61,594 bases of DNA, taken from positions 1-61,594 of the IMG/VR virus record IMGVR_UViG_3300023440_000006; one strand, given 5' to 3'. Each line of letters opens with the position of its first letter. Within the stretch, counting starts at the first letter, position 1. Below, in pieces: positions 37,303 through 47,505 of the stretch. The position numbers and the translations under genes are program-made. A model generated the notes under the pieces. The model was not told the origin of the DNA and did not search any database. It saw nothing but the letters and a program-made list of their open reading frames with translations. Source of the DNA: a virus. Its lineage: Duplodnaviria > Caudoviricetes.

Positions 37303-38349
37303 TTATAATAATCTGTCGAAAAACTCTTTTAAGCGTTGATGTTCTGCATCAAAATCTACATTTTTACTGAAGTTTTCATGAATAGCTTTTTGCCATGCGG
37401 AGTAGTCTATTGATTTCATTATCTCTGCCGCACCCTCCAGACCATGTACGTCTATATCTATGCATGTTACACCATCGATTAGTAGTTTGTCGCCTGTCAT
37501 GCCTCGGAAGTAGCTCTTCTTTGTGAGGATTGGTGTGCCAGTTGCTGCTGCGTGGTGGATATTATAACCGTAACCGTCTCCTCCTCGCTTTACATGCCAC
37601 AGCCAGCCATAGTTATGAAATTCAGTTGCAATCTCATCCATTGCTGGACCAGGGCAGCCAGCACCATTCTGGGCACCAAATGCAGTAAATTTCCAGTCCG
37701 GGAGTAAGGTTCCTAGTTTATCAAATAACCCTCTATGCGACATTATATGTTGCATATTGCATACGCTATGAGGATTTTTAGATGTTTGAAAACAAAAGGT
37801 GTTAAGGTCAAATTCTTGATGATAGAAAACACAATTCTTCCCTGCTGGATGTGACGTCATGGCTGAAGATGTGAGAATATTCTTAACTCCAGAGGGTGCT
37901 TGCCAGTTGTTACCAATCTGAAAGACGTGTTTAGCATCAGGCTGGAATTCAGTAATTAGCCTATTAAATGGTGCTACATGCTGAGGCATAGAGCTGATTA
38001 TGATATCAAACTTTCTATCTTTAAAACCCTGGAGAGTGATTCCTCTATGATAGGCATCACTATATAGGTTACTCGCTACGTTGATGACTCCATCAGCTGA
38101 GCTGATTATGTTTTTATTAAGTTTACGAAAATTATCCTCTGCATCCATGCGAGATACAGTTTCAGGATCTAGTTCAGATACCTGTAAATACTGCTCTGCT
38201 GTTGTGATATGTGGATGAACATTCCAGAAGCCCTCGTGGTACCAGTCCATACCAACGGGGCGATAAAGATGCCATCCCATACGCTTTTCAATAAGGAAGC
38301 GTAGAGATTCATATAGTTCTTCGTGATGGAAGTCTGCTAATACTTTCAT
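37303..38349 (-). CDS. GT-B glycosyltransferase (divergent)
   Basis: GDGYGYNIHHAAATGTPIL, LLIDGVT; within the glycosylation cluster. Confidence 0.65.
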   Translation of the reverse strand: MKVLADFHHEELYESLRFLIEKRMGWHLYRPVGMDWYHEGFWNVHPHITTAEQYLQVSELDPETVSRMDAEDNFRKLNKNIISSADGVINVASNLYSDAYHRGITLQGFKDRKFDIIISSMPQHVAPFNRLITEFQPDAKHVFQIGNNWQAPSGVKNILTSSAMTSHPAGKNCVFYHQEFDLNTFCFQTSKNPHSVCNMQHIMSHRGLFDKLGTLLPDWKFTAFGAQNGAGCPGPAMDEIATEFHNYGWLWHVKRGGDGYGYNIHHAAATGTPILTKKSYFRGMTGDKLLIDGVTCIDIDVHGLEGAAEIMKSIDYSAWQKAIHENFSKNVDFDAEHQRLKEFFDRLL

Positions 38350-39038
38350 TTTCTTTTTAATATGAAATTAGAAACATGATTTGCCATAGGTGGCATATCG
38401 AATTTTGCTGATACATCTTCAAACTTGTCATGAAGTAGTGTTAGTAGGTCATTCTTAGTTCTTTGTGAGTAGGGACCGATATAATGAACTTCTCCAAGAA
38501 TATATTCAATTTTATCTAAATTTTTAGGTGAAATACCTTCGAGCGCTGGCCACTCTGCACCTTCACAGTCTAATTTCAGGATATAACAACTATCCCTTTC
38601 GTCTAGAAGCTCGTTAAGACTTATAGTCTCTACGTCTATAGAGACTGCATGAGTATCACAGATAGTATTGCCAACAAACTCATGATGATTTCCACTATCG
38701 GTCTTAGTGTCCATATAATAGGCTTTAATAATTTTTCCAGATGTTTTATCGATAGCTCTATGCAATACAGTTCCATTCAAATCATTCTGTTCAAGATTTT
38801 TAATAGTTAGTTGAATGTTCTCTGGAAGAATGTCAACAGCTGTAACTTCCATACCTAAACTGGCAGCGAGTACAGTGAAAGCCCCAAGGTGTGCCCCTAC
38901 GTCAATAACAAAGGCACCTGGTTTAGCTAACTTCTTTAGTCTATATTCATCTTCTAAAATAATGCTTAAGGCAGTGTTATAATCATTTTTGCCATCACGG
39001 CATTCGACATTTAATCCATTAAAATTATGTTTACTCAT
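38346..39038 (-). CDS. FkbM-family SAM methyltransferase
   Basis: VIDVGAHLG.F, LKLDCEGAE, GEVH. Confidence 0.88.
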   Translation of the reverse strand: MSKHNFNGLNVECRDGKNDYNTALSIILEDEYRLKKLAKPGAFVIDVGAHLGAFTVLAASLGMEVTAVDILPENIQLTIKNLEQNDLNGTVLHRAIDKTSGKIIKAYYMDTKTDSGNHHEFVGNTICDTHAVSIDVETISLNELLDERDSCYILKLDCEGAEWPALEGISPKNLDKIEYILGEVHYIGPYSQRTKNDLLTLLHDKFEDVSAKFDMPPMANHVSNFILKRK

Positions 39039-40069
39039 TGTTGAATCTCCTTAAGAAATGCTTTCCATTGCTCTTTGATTGTAGCTTTGCCAAAGTATTT
39101 AACTGCTGACTCTCTGCCTTTTTCTGAAATTTCTTTTGCTAACTTTTTATCATTCAAGAGCATTTTGATATTAGCTTGTAGCTCATTTATATCATCTGAT
39201 ATAAAACCGTTGACACCATTTTCAATAAACTCTGGAATCTCATAGAGATTATGGTCAGGGAAATAACTAGCATTCCCATTCTTAGGTCCGATAGCAACAA
39301 TGGGTATACCGGTCATCCAAGCTTCCATAAAGTTTAGAGTATAAGAAGCAGGATGCGTTCCAGTATAGAAGTAGCATCGGGCTTCTCTCATTAAGCGTTT
39401 AAGTTCAGAGAATTCTTGCTTACCATGAGCAAAGTCTCCGCTATTCTCATTTCCAGGGCCATACAGGCCTCGAGGAAATGGGCGAGTTGCTTCTTCAAAT
39501 AAAGTGAAATTGCATGCCTGGTTTCGAGCCTGCATATGCTGAGCGAAAGTAATAACTCTCTCATCATCGCCAGTCCAACCTTTGAATTCTTCTGGATCCT
39601 TATAGAATCTAATTAAGGCATCAGCACCAATATAGCCAGGTATGGTTTGCTCCATGGGGGAATAACGTACAACCTTGAGCCCCTCTTTTCGGAAAGGTGC
39701 GAGGTAGCGTTCCTGCGGAGAAATAGATTGACCAATTGTACGCCAAACAGTTGGTACCTCTTTTAGAGCATTCCAGTTCATGCCAATCCACTTAGGGATA
39801 TGCATTACGATAACAGCATCAAATCTTTTAATGAACTCTCGTGTTAGACATTCTTTATTATCGCGTCCTGGTTTGCCAAGGCTATGCCAAGCATCAATAT
39901 CATCCTGATCATATTTAATATTTAGGAGTCCTGGTCGAAGTGAATTATCTCCAGGATTCCTTGGTTCTACGTAAGCGCCAGGTGAGAAAACATAGTGCCC
40001 AAGATCATTGAACATGGAAACTTCGTCATATTCAAGGATAGAGTGACAAGATAGATATAAAATTCGCAT
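39035..40069 (-). CDS. GT4-like glycosyltransferase
   Basis: FMEAWMTGIPIV, EFIENGVNGFI, GRE.A...F. Confidence 0.82.
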   Translation of the reverse strand: MRILYLSCHSILEYDEVSMFNDLGHYVFSPGAYVEPRNPGDNSLRPGLLNIKYDQDDIDAWHSLGKPGRDNKECLTREFIKRFDAVIVMHIPKWIGMNWNALKEVPTVWRTIGQSISPQERYLAPFRKEGLKVVRYSPMEQTIPGYIGADALIRFYKDPEEFKGWTGDDERVITFAQHMQARNQACNFTLFEEATRPFPRGLYGPGNENSGDFAHGKQEFSELKRLMREARCYFYTGTHPASYTLNFMEAWMTGIPIVAIGPKNGNASYFPDHNLYEIPEFIENGVNGFISDDINELQANIKMLLNDKKLAKEISEKGRESAVKYFGKATIKEQWKAFLKEIQQ

Positions 40070-41049
40070 TATGACTCCAGTTCTAGATCATTGAAGTACA
40101 TCTCCTCTAGGAGACTCTGCCATGTATATTCAGGCTTCCAGCCTAGTTTTGTTGTAATCTTAGTAGGATTGCCAACAAGAATAGGTACATCTGATGGACG
40201 CATGAATCTTTCATCTTTCTCATAGCAGTCTTCAAGCGTTAAGCCGGCTAATTGAGCTACATATCTAAACATATCTTCAATAGAAGTTGTAACACCTGTC
40301 GCTACACAGAAATCATCTGGCTTGTCTTGCTGTAGCATCATATGCATTGCTCTTACATAGTCCTTAGCATGCCCTTCATCTCTGCAGGCAGCTAGATTCC
40401 CCATTTTAAGTGTCTCTTGCTTTCCAAGCTTGATGCGAGCAATCCCACGAGTGATTTTACGAGTTGCAAAATCATGGCCCCTACGAGGAGAGCTATGATT
40501 GAAGAGGATGCCGTTAACAGCATAGATACTACCTTTCCTGTCTCTATAGTTACGAACAGCATAGAAAGAGGCCGCCTTTGCTACTGCATATGGCGAGCGT
40601 GGATTAATTGTAGAAGATTCGTCAAAACCAGTATCTGGACAGCCAAGGCCACCAAATAGCTCTGAAGTTGATGCCTGATAGAATTTAGTATCAGGAGAAA
40701 ATCTACTAATTGCGTGCAACTGTGCAATAACGCTTTCTGCATCTACTCGAAAAGTTTCGACGGGGATTTCAAAAGAGTGACCTACATGTGACATGGCAGC
40801 AAGGTTATAGAATTCATGAGGCTGAAGATCCTTGATCATATTCGTCATGCTAACATGGTCACAAATGTCACTAGCAAGTAGATGAAAATTATTTCTATCA
40901 CTTTCTAAGATATTTAGGATGTTTTCCATGTTCTCGCCAGTTGAGATACGACGGTAAACTCCATAAACTTCATATCCCTGATCTAGCAAATATTCAGCTA
41001 GATAAGAACCATCCTGCCCTAGGATTCCTGTAATAATGGCTCGCTTCAT
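40069..41049 (-). CDS. gmd: GDP-mannose 4,6-dehydratase
   Basis: ITGILGQDGSYLAE.LL, YNLAAMSHV..SF, YQASTSELFG, PRSPYAVAK, GILFNH.SPRRG..F.TRKI. Confidence 0.95.
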   Translation of the reverse strand: MKRAIITGILGQDGSYLAEYLLDQGYEVYGVYRRISTGENMENILNILESDRNNFHLLASDICDHVSMTNMIKDLQPHEFYNLAAMSHVGHSFEIPVETFRVDAESVIAQLHAISRFSPDTKFYQASTSELFGGLGCPDTGFDESSTINPRSPYAVAKAASFYAVRNYRDRKGSIYAVNGILFNHSSPRRGHDFATRKITRGIARIKLGKQETLKMGNLAACRDEGHAKDYVRAMHMMLQQDKPDDFCVATGVTTSIEDMFRYVAQLAGLTLEDCYEKDERFMRPSDVPILVGNPTKITTKLGWKPEYTWQSLLEEMYFNDLELES

Positions 41050-42170
41050 AGTCCTAGCTCCCTGGCCATAAGTTGACCTACATTTTCCCAACTAAATTTT
41101 TCTACTACTAATGCTGGGTTTTCCTTTAGCAGATCTGAACGACCAGATTCTTTAGCATTCAGATATGAGTTGTAGCATATTCTCATTTTTTTACCAAGGT
41201 CATCAATATGGGGTTCACCCCACATCATCTTTCCGTTATAAGTAGGGCGATCCATACTAAAGCATGGTGTTTCATTACAGTTTACAAGTATAGAATTGTT
41301 ATCATTCATGAATTCTAGGTTTCCAGAGTAATGAGTAGATATGCAACAGTTGCCCATGGCCATAGCTTCAAAGTGAGGAATGCCCCATCCCTCGGCTCTA
41401 TGTGGTAGAACAAAACAGTTGCACTGCTTGTGCAGCTCAAGAATCTCATCTCGAGATAACGCATCATGAATAAGAACAACGGGTGGTGTTTCCCTTAGCC
41501 ATAACCTTTTCTTAATTTCTTGTATATGTTGTTTAATTCTCTCTTTGTCTGGTAAGCCATTGTCATGGAAGAATGTCTTTAATACTAGACATACTTGTTC
41601 ATCTACGCCAAATTCATTCCAGTAGGCCTGGAGTAACGCATCGGGATTTTTTCGTGCTGACCATTGAAAGATAGAATAGAAATTAAACCTATCTGTAGGT
41701 ATCGCGAAGCTCCTTTCTACTTGTTTAGATTGTTTAAAAGATAAATGTGAAAAGGTGTGTGGGACCTTTTTTACTGGAACAGTTACACCAGACCTTTTAA
41801 AGGCAACAACATTCCAATCACATGGAACCCATATTTCATCCATTTGGTTACACATAGCAACCCATTGCCCGGGAAGCTTTGTAGTTTCCCAAACTGTGTA
41901 GCCAATGTTTTTAATACCAGAGATTTTATGCCGTGCGAAATTCTCAGGTGTTAAATGAATAATTTGCACATCAGGCTTTGAACAGACATTAGGAATCTTA
42001 TCTAGAATTTCTTTGTATTCTCTTCCTAGATCTGTTTTCCAGTGCTCAAAAGAAACATGTCGAGCACTTAAATTAATTCCAGGTACCTTAGATAATGCGC
42101 AAATATAATTTCTTGAAGCTTCTGCATATCCTGATGAGTCCAATGCTGCTGATGTGAAAAGGACATTCAT
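41046..42170 (-). CDS. GT4 glycosyltransferase
   Basis: SGYAEA.R, WETT, RKN, HRAEGWGIPHFEAMAMG. Confidence 0.88.
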   Translation of the reverse strand: MNVLFTSAALDSSGYAEASRNYICALSKVPGINLSARHVSFEHWKTDLGREYKEILDKIPNVCSKPDVQIIHLTPENFARHKISGIKNIGYTVWETTKLPGQWVAMCNQMDEIWVPCDWNVVAFKRSGVTVPVKKVPHTFSHLSFKQSKQVERSFAIPTDRFNFYSIFQWSARKNPDALLQAYWNEFGVDEQVCLVLKTFFHDNGLPDKERIKQHIQEIKKRLWLRETPPVVLIHDALSRDEILELHKQCNCFVLPHRAEGWGIPHFEAMAMGNCCISTHYSGNLEFMNDNNSILVNCNETPCFSMDRPTYNGKMMWGEPHIDDLGKKMRICYNSYLNAKESGRSDLLKENPALVVEKFSWENVGQLMARELGL

Positions 42171-43423
42171 AGCACCTCTCCGACTGGTAATGAGGATTGA
42201 GTTTTAGCAATCCCACCAGAATCAATTCCCTTAAATAAATCTACCCATTGTTTACCAATCTTCCACCACTGGATGCTATCAATGTACTCGCTACACTTGG
42301 CAACTTTTTCTTTTGCCTTACCAGATTGCACATCTCTGTAGCAATCTTCCATGGTATTGACAATATCATCAATGAGAGCAAATGGACGGTAACCTGAATT
42401 ATCAATCCAGGTCATTTCTCTACACTTATAAAGATAACCTCTTTCACCTTCATTCAGTTGTTCTGGAAAGCAAGTATTGTATGGGCATACCAATGGTAAA
42501 CCTGCACTTGCAGCTTCAAGGTGCGTAAGACCCCAGCCTTCACCGAGCGTTGTGGTAAGGAAGGCGTCACCAGTATTATAGAACAAGTTTAAAATCTCTA
42601 CGGGGAATGGCTTACTAGCTGCATAGCCCTTAGGGAAGATAACGTCCCTTGCTGGGTCTAAACCTAAGTCAGCTACAGCTGCAAACAGATCAATCGTTGT
42701 ATCCCGAGCTGCAGCGTGAAGGTATAGTTTGCTATTAGGGTGTCGCTCTTGGAATCTCTTAAATGCTAAGATGGTTCTTGGAATGTCCTTTCGTGGACTG
42801 TTTCTATTTACCTGCATCCATACGAAGGTTTCATCATTTTGAACATTAAAGAACTTCTTTCTAAACTCTCGACGTTGATTTCTATCAATAGGGTAAAAAT
42901 CCTTAGTATCTACGCCATGATTAATGATGGATAGCTTATTGAGAACTTCAGGTGTAGTTTTTGCAGTCTCTTCTTTACCAAATTTGCAGTAGGCAACTAT
43001 ATGGTCTGCTACCTGGAGCATTGTTTTGGCTGCAGATAGAACATGGCAATCTACTGGATAGTAGTAAACGATAGTTGGTACCCTTTTTCCTTGTGCTCGC
43101 ATCTGTTGAAATAGCTGTGGAATTTTCTTTGCAGTCTCTTCAACAACAAATGTGTCGTTCATGATCCATACATAATCATATATGCCTCTTGCTAGAGACT
43201 CTAGAAACATCTTATTTCCATATGGATCTCTTGGGTCATTAAGACGAGCTGGAACAATCTGATAAGGGAACTGATTTTGATCAATAAATTCTCCACCATA
43301 GTTAATAGCTAATTGATCAATGTTGAAAATTTCATTTAGTGCCTTAAGTACATGTTTAGATACGACTCCGAACCCTGTGCCTGCAGTTACAGAGTCAGAC
43401 CAAACCAATAGTTTTTTCTTCAT
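42167..43423 (-). CDS. GT4 glycosyltransferase
   Basis: TGFG.V, HGVD, NRN.PRK, GEGWGL..LEA...G.P. Confidence 0.88.
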   Translation of the reverse strand: MKKKLLVWSDSVTAGTGFGVVSKHVLKALNEIFNIDQLAINYGGEFIDQNQFPYQIVPARLNDPRDPYGNKMFLESLARGIYDYVWIMNDTFVVEETAKKIPQLFQQMRAQGKRVPTIVYYYPVDCHVLSAAKTMLQVADHIVAYCKFGKEETAKTTPEVLNKLSIINHGVDTKDFYPIDRNQRREFRKKFFNVQNDETFVWMQVNRNSPRKDIPRTILAFKRFQERHPNSKLYLHAAARDTTIDLFAAVADLGLDPARDVIFPKGYAASKPFPVEILNLFYNTGDAFLTTTLGEGWGLTHLEAASAGLPLVCPYNTCFPEQLNEGERGYLYKCREMTWIDNSGYRPFALIDDIVNTMEDCYRDVQSGKAKEKVAKCSEYIDSIQWWKIGKQWVDLFKGIDSGGIAKTQSSLPVGEVL

Positions 43424-43431
43424 GAGAACTC

Positions 43432-45579
43432 CTAGAAGTTAATCTCGCAGACATCACCATCACAAAATTTTGAACCTGCGATCTGTTTTTCTTTCTGACC
43501 TGATAAATCTAACTTACCAAGTGATTCCTTGTAAGCCAGAATATCAGTAACACTTGCTGCCTGATATGGCATTTGATCGTAGGTTGTATTGTCAAGTGGT
43601 AAGAAGGATAGTGTTTTTACAAATGGAGCTACTGTTTCAATAGCAGGGAGAATATCATCCCCCTCTTCTGGCTTTACTGTCACTGTGCAACTAACTGCAT
43701 TGTCAGACCAGAAATATTGCATTTCTCGGACAGTAGCTAGTTGTTCCCAAATGGTGACATCTGCTTTACCCTTGTTAAAGCTTTCTTCAACTACTGGGAA
43801 ATATACTACAATGGAGCCTCCAAGTTTTCCAAAACGCTCTCTAACGGTTTCATTATGCATACCTTCTGTAGAAATATTTTGTAGAGGTTTTGAGCACAGT
43901 GCCTGAACTTCTTTCTTATTCCATTTCTGTTCTGGATAGATTACCTTAAGAGCAAGCTGTAGTTTTTCCCAGTCAGTTACAGAATATTCAATACGGAAGT
44001 TAGCGTTAAGAAGTTTTTCTACATATGGTGAACTAGCAGCTACACGGACAGTTCTCCAGTATGCTTCACTATGAGTAAAGTGTACACCAGGCCAAGCCCC
44101 AGCAAGAATAGATACAGTACCAGAAGGCTTTACGGTAGTAATACGATTGCTTTCTGGAACACCAAGCCAACGAGAATAAGAGATATCCCAACTCTTTACA
44201 ACTTGGTATCCTTCATCACAAAATTTGTTCATGAAGACTTGGCGGCCGTACTTATTGATTGCCTGCTGAATACCAGACATAGAACAACCAATACGACGAT
44301 TGCGTAGCATAACACTATTTGTTCTTTCATCATGTGTTGGAATGAGTGTAACAGATTTAGCATAGAGATAAGCAAATTTAAGCGTACGCATATAGTCTTC
44401 TACATCTTCATGATTAGCAGGGAATGTTTCAACTAAACAACATAACTCATAGCTTTCAAGTTGCTGTTCACCACATGGGTTAAATCCCATAACATGGTCA
44501 TACCGACGATCAGTTTCAGGTAACCAACCATCTTTTACTCGCCCGTAGTGGCGAGCGTTATCTAAGAAAATAAGCCCTGGCTCACCATTGTGAACAAAGC
44601 CATTAGCTACTTTGCTGAAGTCTGAAAACCTATCTACAAATACAGAATTATTAGATGCCCAGCGACGATCTAATAATTCATCTTTATGAAGGTCATAGCT
44701 CTTCATATTAACATAGTCAGTATCTTCTAACTCACCGATAGCAATTTCTGCACTACGCCGTACATTCCCGGCTACTACACACTTTCCAATAAAATTAAAT
44801 ATATCAACGATAGCTACAGAGGTAATCTCCTTTCCATCAAGTTTTTCTAAGATATTGCGGATACTGTCATGACAATCTTTAAGTGGAGCAGGTCCAGAAG
44901 AGGACCCGCCAAAACCTTGGATGGGTAGACCAGCTGGACGAATTTTGCTGTAGTCGAATCTCAGCACATGATTGCCTTTGTGATAGCTATTGATTAAGTC
45001 ACGTACAGATGTTATCCAGCCTTCTCTAGAGTCGGGAACTGTAAATATTGTCTCGTTACCATTTGGCTTATGAAGCTTAACATTACCGGCCCCTTTAGTA
45101 TCAAATCCTATGCCTACGCCAAGCATGAGCATATCCATAGCCCACGCAAATGGAGAACCTAGCTCTACGTTAATATCTTCTGTAGAAATAAAGCCACAGT
45201 TATTTAAAGCAGCAGAGCCAATACGATTTACGTGGTCAGTTCCCATCATCCATAATCCACGTCCAGGAGGAAGGAACTTAAAGTTCCACATACGGCGGAA
45301 CATCTCTTGAGCACTGCGCTGGGCTTTATGTCCATTCCACGTAAGGCCCTGTGATTTACAATGCTTCTCCTGAGCTTTGTAGCATCCATTAACTACACGC
45401 TCAAGGGTATCTACAAACTCTTCTTGAGTACCATCATCTTTTATACGAGCGTAAGTGCGCTTGTAAGTAAAATAAGAGAGATCATCATATCCCCAGTTGG
45501 GTTGCTGGCCTCTATACTCATTTAGAAAATTTTCAGATAGTTTAAATGTTGGTTTTATAGATGAGTTAAACATTACCAC
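43432..45579 (-). CDS. nrdJ: class II (B12-dependent) ribonucleotide reductase, monomeric RTPR type
   Basis: PPGRGLW, ALNNC, VVAGNVRRSA, NPCGEQ, TTVKPSGTVS, C-terminal FCDGDVC. Confidence 0.93.
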   Translation of the reverse strand: MVMFNSSIKPTFKLSENFLNEYRGQQPNWGYDDLSYFTYKRTYARIKDDGTQEEFVDTLERVVNGCYKAQEKHCKSQGLTWNGHKAQRSAQEMFRRMWNFKFLPPGRGLWMMGTDHVNRIGSAALNNCGFISTEDINVELGSPFAWAMDMLMLGVGIGFDTKGAGNVKLHKPNGNETIFTVPDSREGWITSVRDLINSYHKGNHVLRFDYSKIRPAGLPIQGFGGSSSGPAPLKDCHDSIRNILEKLDGKEITSVAIVDIFNFIGKCVVAGNVRRSAEIAIGELEDTDYVNMKSYDLHKDELLDRRWASNNSVFVDRFSDFSKVANGFVHNGEPGLIFLDNARHYGRVKDGWLPETDRRYDHVMGFNPCGEQQLESYELCCLVETFPANHEDVEDYMRTLKFAYLYAKSVTLIPTHDERTNSVMLRNRRIGCSMSGIQQAINKYGRQVFMNKFCDEGYQVVKSWDISYSRWLGVPESNRITTVKPSGTVSILAGAWPGVHFTHSEAYWRTVRVAASSPYVEKLLNANFRIEYSVTDWEKLQLALKVIYPEQKWNKKEVQALCSKPLQNISTEGMHNETVRERFGKLGGSIVVYFPVVEESFNKGKADVTIWEQLATVREMQYFWSDNAVSCTVTVKPEEGDDILPAIETVAPFVKTLSFLPLDNTTYDQMPYQAASVTDILAYKESLGKLDLSGQKEKQIAGSKFCDGDVCEINF

Positions 45580-45604
45580 GTTCGCCTCCAGGGTAAACTA
45601 CTCC

Positions 45605-45627
45605 CTGCAAGTGTTATACACCTGCAG
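45605..45627 (-). promoter_or_regulatory. hairpin upstream of nrdJ
   Basis: CTGCAGGTGT-ATA-ACACTTGCAG on the - strand, about 25 nt before the start codon. Confidence 0.35.
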
Positions 45628-45650
45628 ATATTAATATTCTTTATTTCCTC

Positions 45651-46658
45651 TTAGAGAGAAGCAGCAATCATACAGCCACGAGAGACTGCACGCAGAGGGT
45701 CGTGCGCATGTCTTACGTCTTTTACCTCAATAGGCAGTTTCTCTTCCTCTAGCTTCTTTCTAAACATCTCGACAAATCCATTGGCACGACTAGTGCCACC
45801 AGCAATAACAATTACTAATGGATCCTTAAATTTAGGTAGTTGATTCGAACTTTCAAGAGCGACTTTTAAGTTTTTAATTGTATAAGTGATTAGTCTTTCG
45901 TAATAGGCTGAGCATGCATTTAGAACCTGACTATCAGATGCCTCACCAATAGTGAAGCCACCGCCTTCCTTCTCTGCCTGTACAACAGAGTCCGGGAGCC
46001 CAGTAGCTACTGCTACCATACGATCAATCCAATCTCCAGATTTAGTTGTAGCGAAACGAGCAATAGCTTCGCCATTAGACATCACACAGACGTTAACCAT
46101 GCCAGCACCATGACTGAGAGCAATACCTGTATAATCTTCGTCTTCTAGTTCTGAATAACAGATAGCTTCTGCCTCATTGATCGGATGTGCGTCATATCCA
46201 ACTTCAGCTAGATCCTGACGTAAAATATCTTCATGATAACCAACATCAAAATCTTCTAGGGCCTGGTCTACAGGCTGGCCTGGAACAGAATAAATAAGTT
46301 TTTCACCAGGTGTTTCAGACTTACCAACTACCTCATGAAGAATAAATTTAAGAATTCTTCTTGCGTCTTTCTCTTGCGGAGCAAGAACACCGCGTACCAT
46401 TGGTCGCGAAGCGGAGTCATGTCGTTCAACAGCCTTTTCGATAGCATCGGCACCAATTACAATAAAAGATCCATCTTCATCTTTAAGAAATGTTTTTCCA
46501 GATAGACCTTTTTCAATCATTCGAGTAGCAATAGGTGTTGATGGTTTAATCCGATAGAACGCATCTCTAAATTCTTTATATTTTACTTCTCCATCTTCTC
46601 CTGCTCGAGAAGCAATAACAAATGATGTACCAACATCAAGTCCAACAGGCATAATCAA
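45651..46658 (-). CDS. actin-fold ATPase, volactin-like
   Basis: GLDVGT, RPM.RG.L, PINEAEA, SHGAGMVNVC, GDWID, IAGGTS...GF, AVSRG. Confidence 0.85.
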   Translation of the reverse strand: MIMPVGLDVGTSFVIASRAGEDGEVKYKEFRDAFYRIKPSTPIATRMIEKGLSGKTFLKDEDGSFIVIGADAIEKAVERHDSASRPMVRGVLAPQEKDARRILKFILHEVVGKSETPGEKLIYSVPGQPVDQALEDFDVGYHEDILRQDLAEVGYDAHPINEAEAICYSELEDEDYTGIALSHGAGMVNVCVMSNGEAIARFATTKSGDWIDRMVAVATGLPDSVVQAEKEGGGFTIGEASDSQVLNACSAYYERLITYTIKNLKVALESSNQLPKFKDPLVIVIAGGTSRANGFVEMFRKKLEEEKLPIEVKDVRHAHDPLRAVSRGCMIAASL

Positions 46659-47146
46659 TCTCCCTTCTTAAGCGCACGCAGTTTAGATAGATTACTCTTA
46701 AGTTTTGAGTCTTTTTCAGATTTTATTTCGGCTAACTCATCAAAGCCTTTTTTAATGCCAGAAGTATCTACCTCTGTTACAAAAACAGATTCATCCATTT
46801 CGACGCCTATTGGAGCATTTAGATTGGCTGAGCTAGCATGTTGACCTCGACGAGGTTCATTCATTATAACTGGAGACCCATGAATGACAAGACCAGATTC
46901 AGCCAGCTTTTGAAGAGCTGCAAGCACTTCTTTTTGAAGAGCCATTTGCTCCTCATGCATCTCTCTCATTTCTCGAACTAATTCTTTCTGATTCACAGTT
47001 TCAGATTCCCCTGGCTCGAAAGGTATGGATACTTTGATTTCTACTCCAGGCAATGAAAAAAGACGGCGTGGTGTTAACACACCGTCCTTATTCTGGAGTG
47101 GAGACGTTCTTATGAGACGACGATAGTCCAGTTTCCTATGGTCCAT
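46655..47146 (-). CDS. hypothetical protein, candidate actin partner
   Basis: ATGA-coupled to the actin gene; central coiled coil; basic C-terminal helix. Confidence 0.6.
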   Translation of the reverse strand: MDHRKLDYRRLIRTSPLQNKDGVLTPRRLFSLPGVEIKVSIPFEPGESETVNQKELVREMREMHEEQMALQKEVLAALQKLAESGLVIHGSPVIMNEPRRGQHASSANLNAPIGVEMDESVFVTEVDTSGIKKGFDELAEIKSEKDSKLKSNLSKLRALKKGD

Positions 47147-47496
47147 GTAACTTCCAAATCATTGACAGGTCCAGTTATTATTTCATCTGTACCTACAGGT
47201 TGTGCCTCCATGGAATTATCAATCTTTTCAACCCCTTGTGCGAGGTTAAGATTTTGACCATGGAGAGGACCATCGAAGACACCATCCCCTCGTACTGGAT
47301 AAATTTTGCGAACTACATTTCTACGAACCTTGAGATCAGAGCCACCAGAAGTTTCAATAACAACTTTATTAGCTGGCCCCCCTAGTGTTTTAAGAATATC
47401 TAAGATATCTCCACTAGAGACATCAGCATCAGTAAAGACCTGCGCTCTTTCACTTGAAGGAACGAGACGGTCGACGGGCTTAGCAAACTTAGCCAT
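47110..47496 (-). CDS. hypothetical protein
   Basis: AGGTGA SD; beta-rich. Confidence 0.65.
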   Translation of the reverse strand: MAKFAKPVDRLVPSSERAQVFTDADVSSGDILDILKTLGGPANKVVIETSGGSDLKVRRNVVRKIYPVRGDGVFDGPLHGQNLNLAQGVEKIDNSMEAQPVGTDEIITGPVNDLEVTWTIGNWTIVVS

Positions 47497-47505
47497 AAAA
47501 TCACC

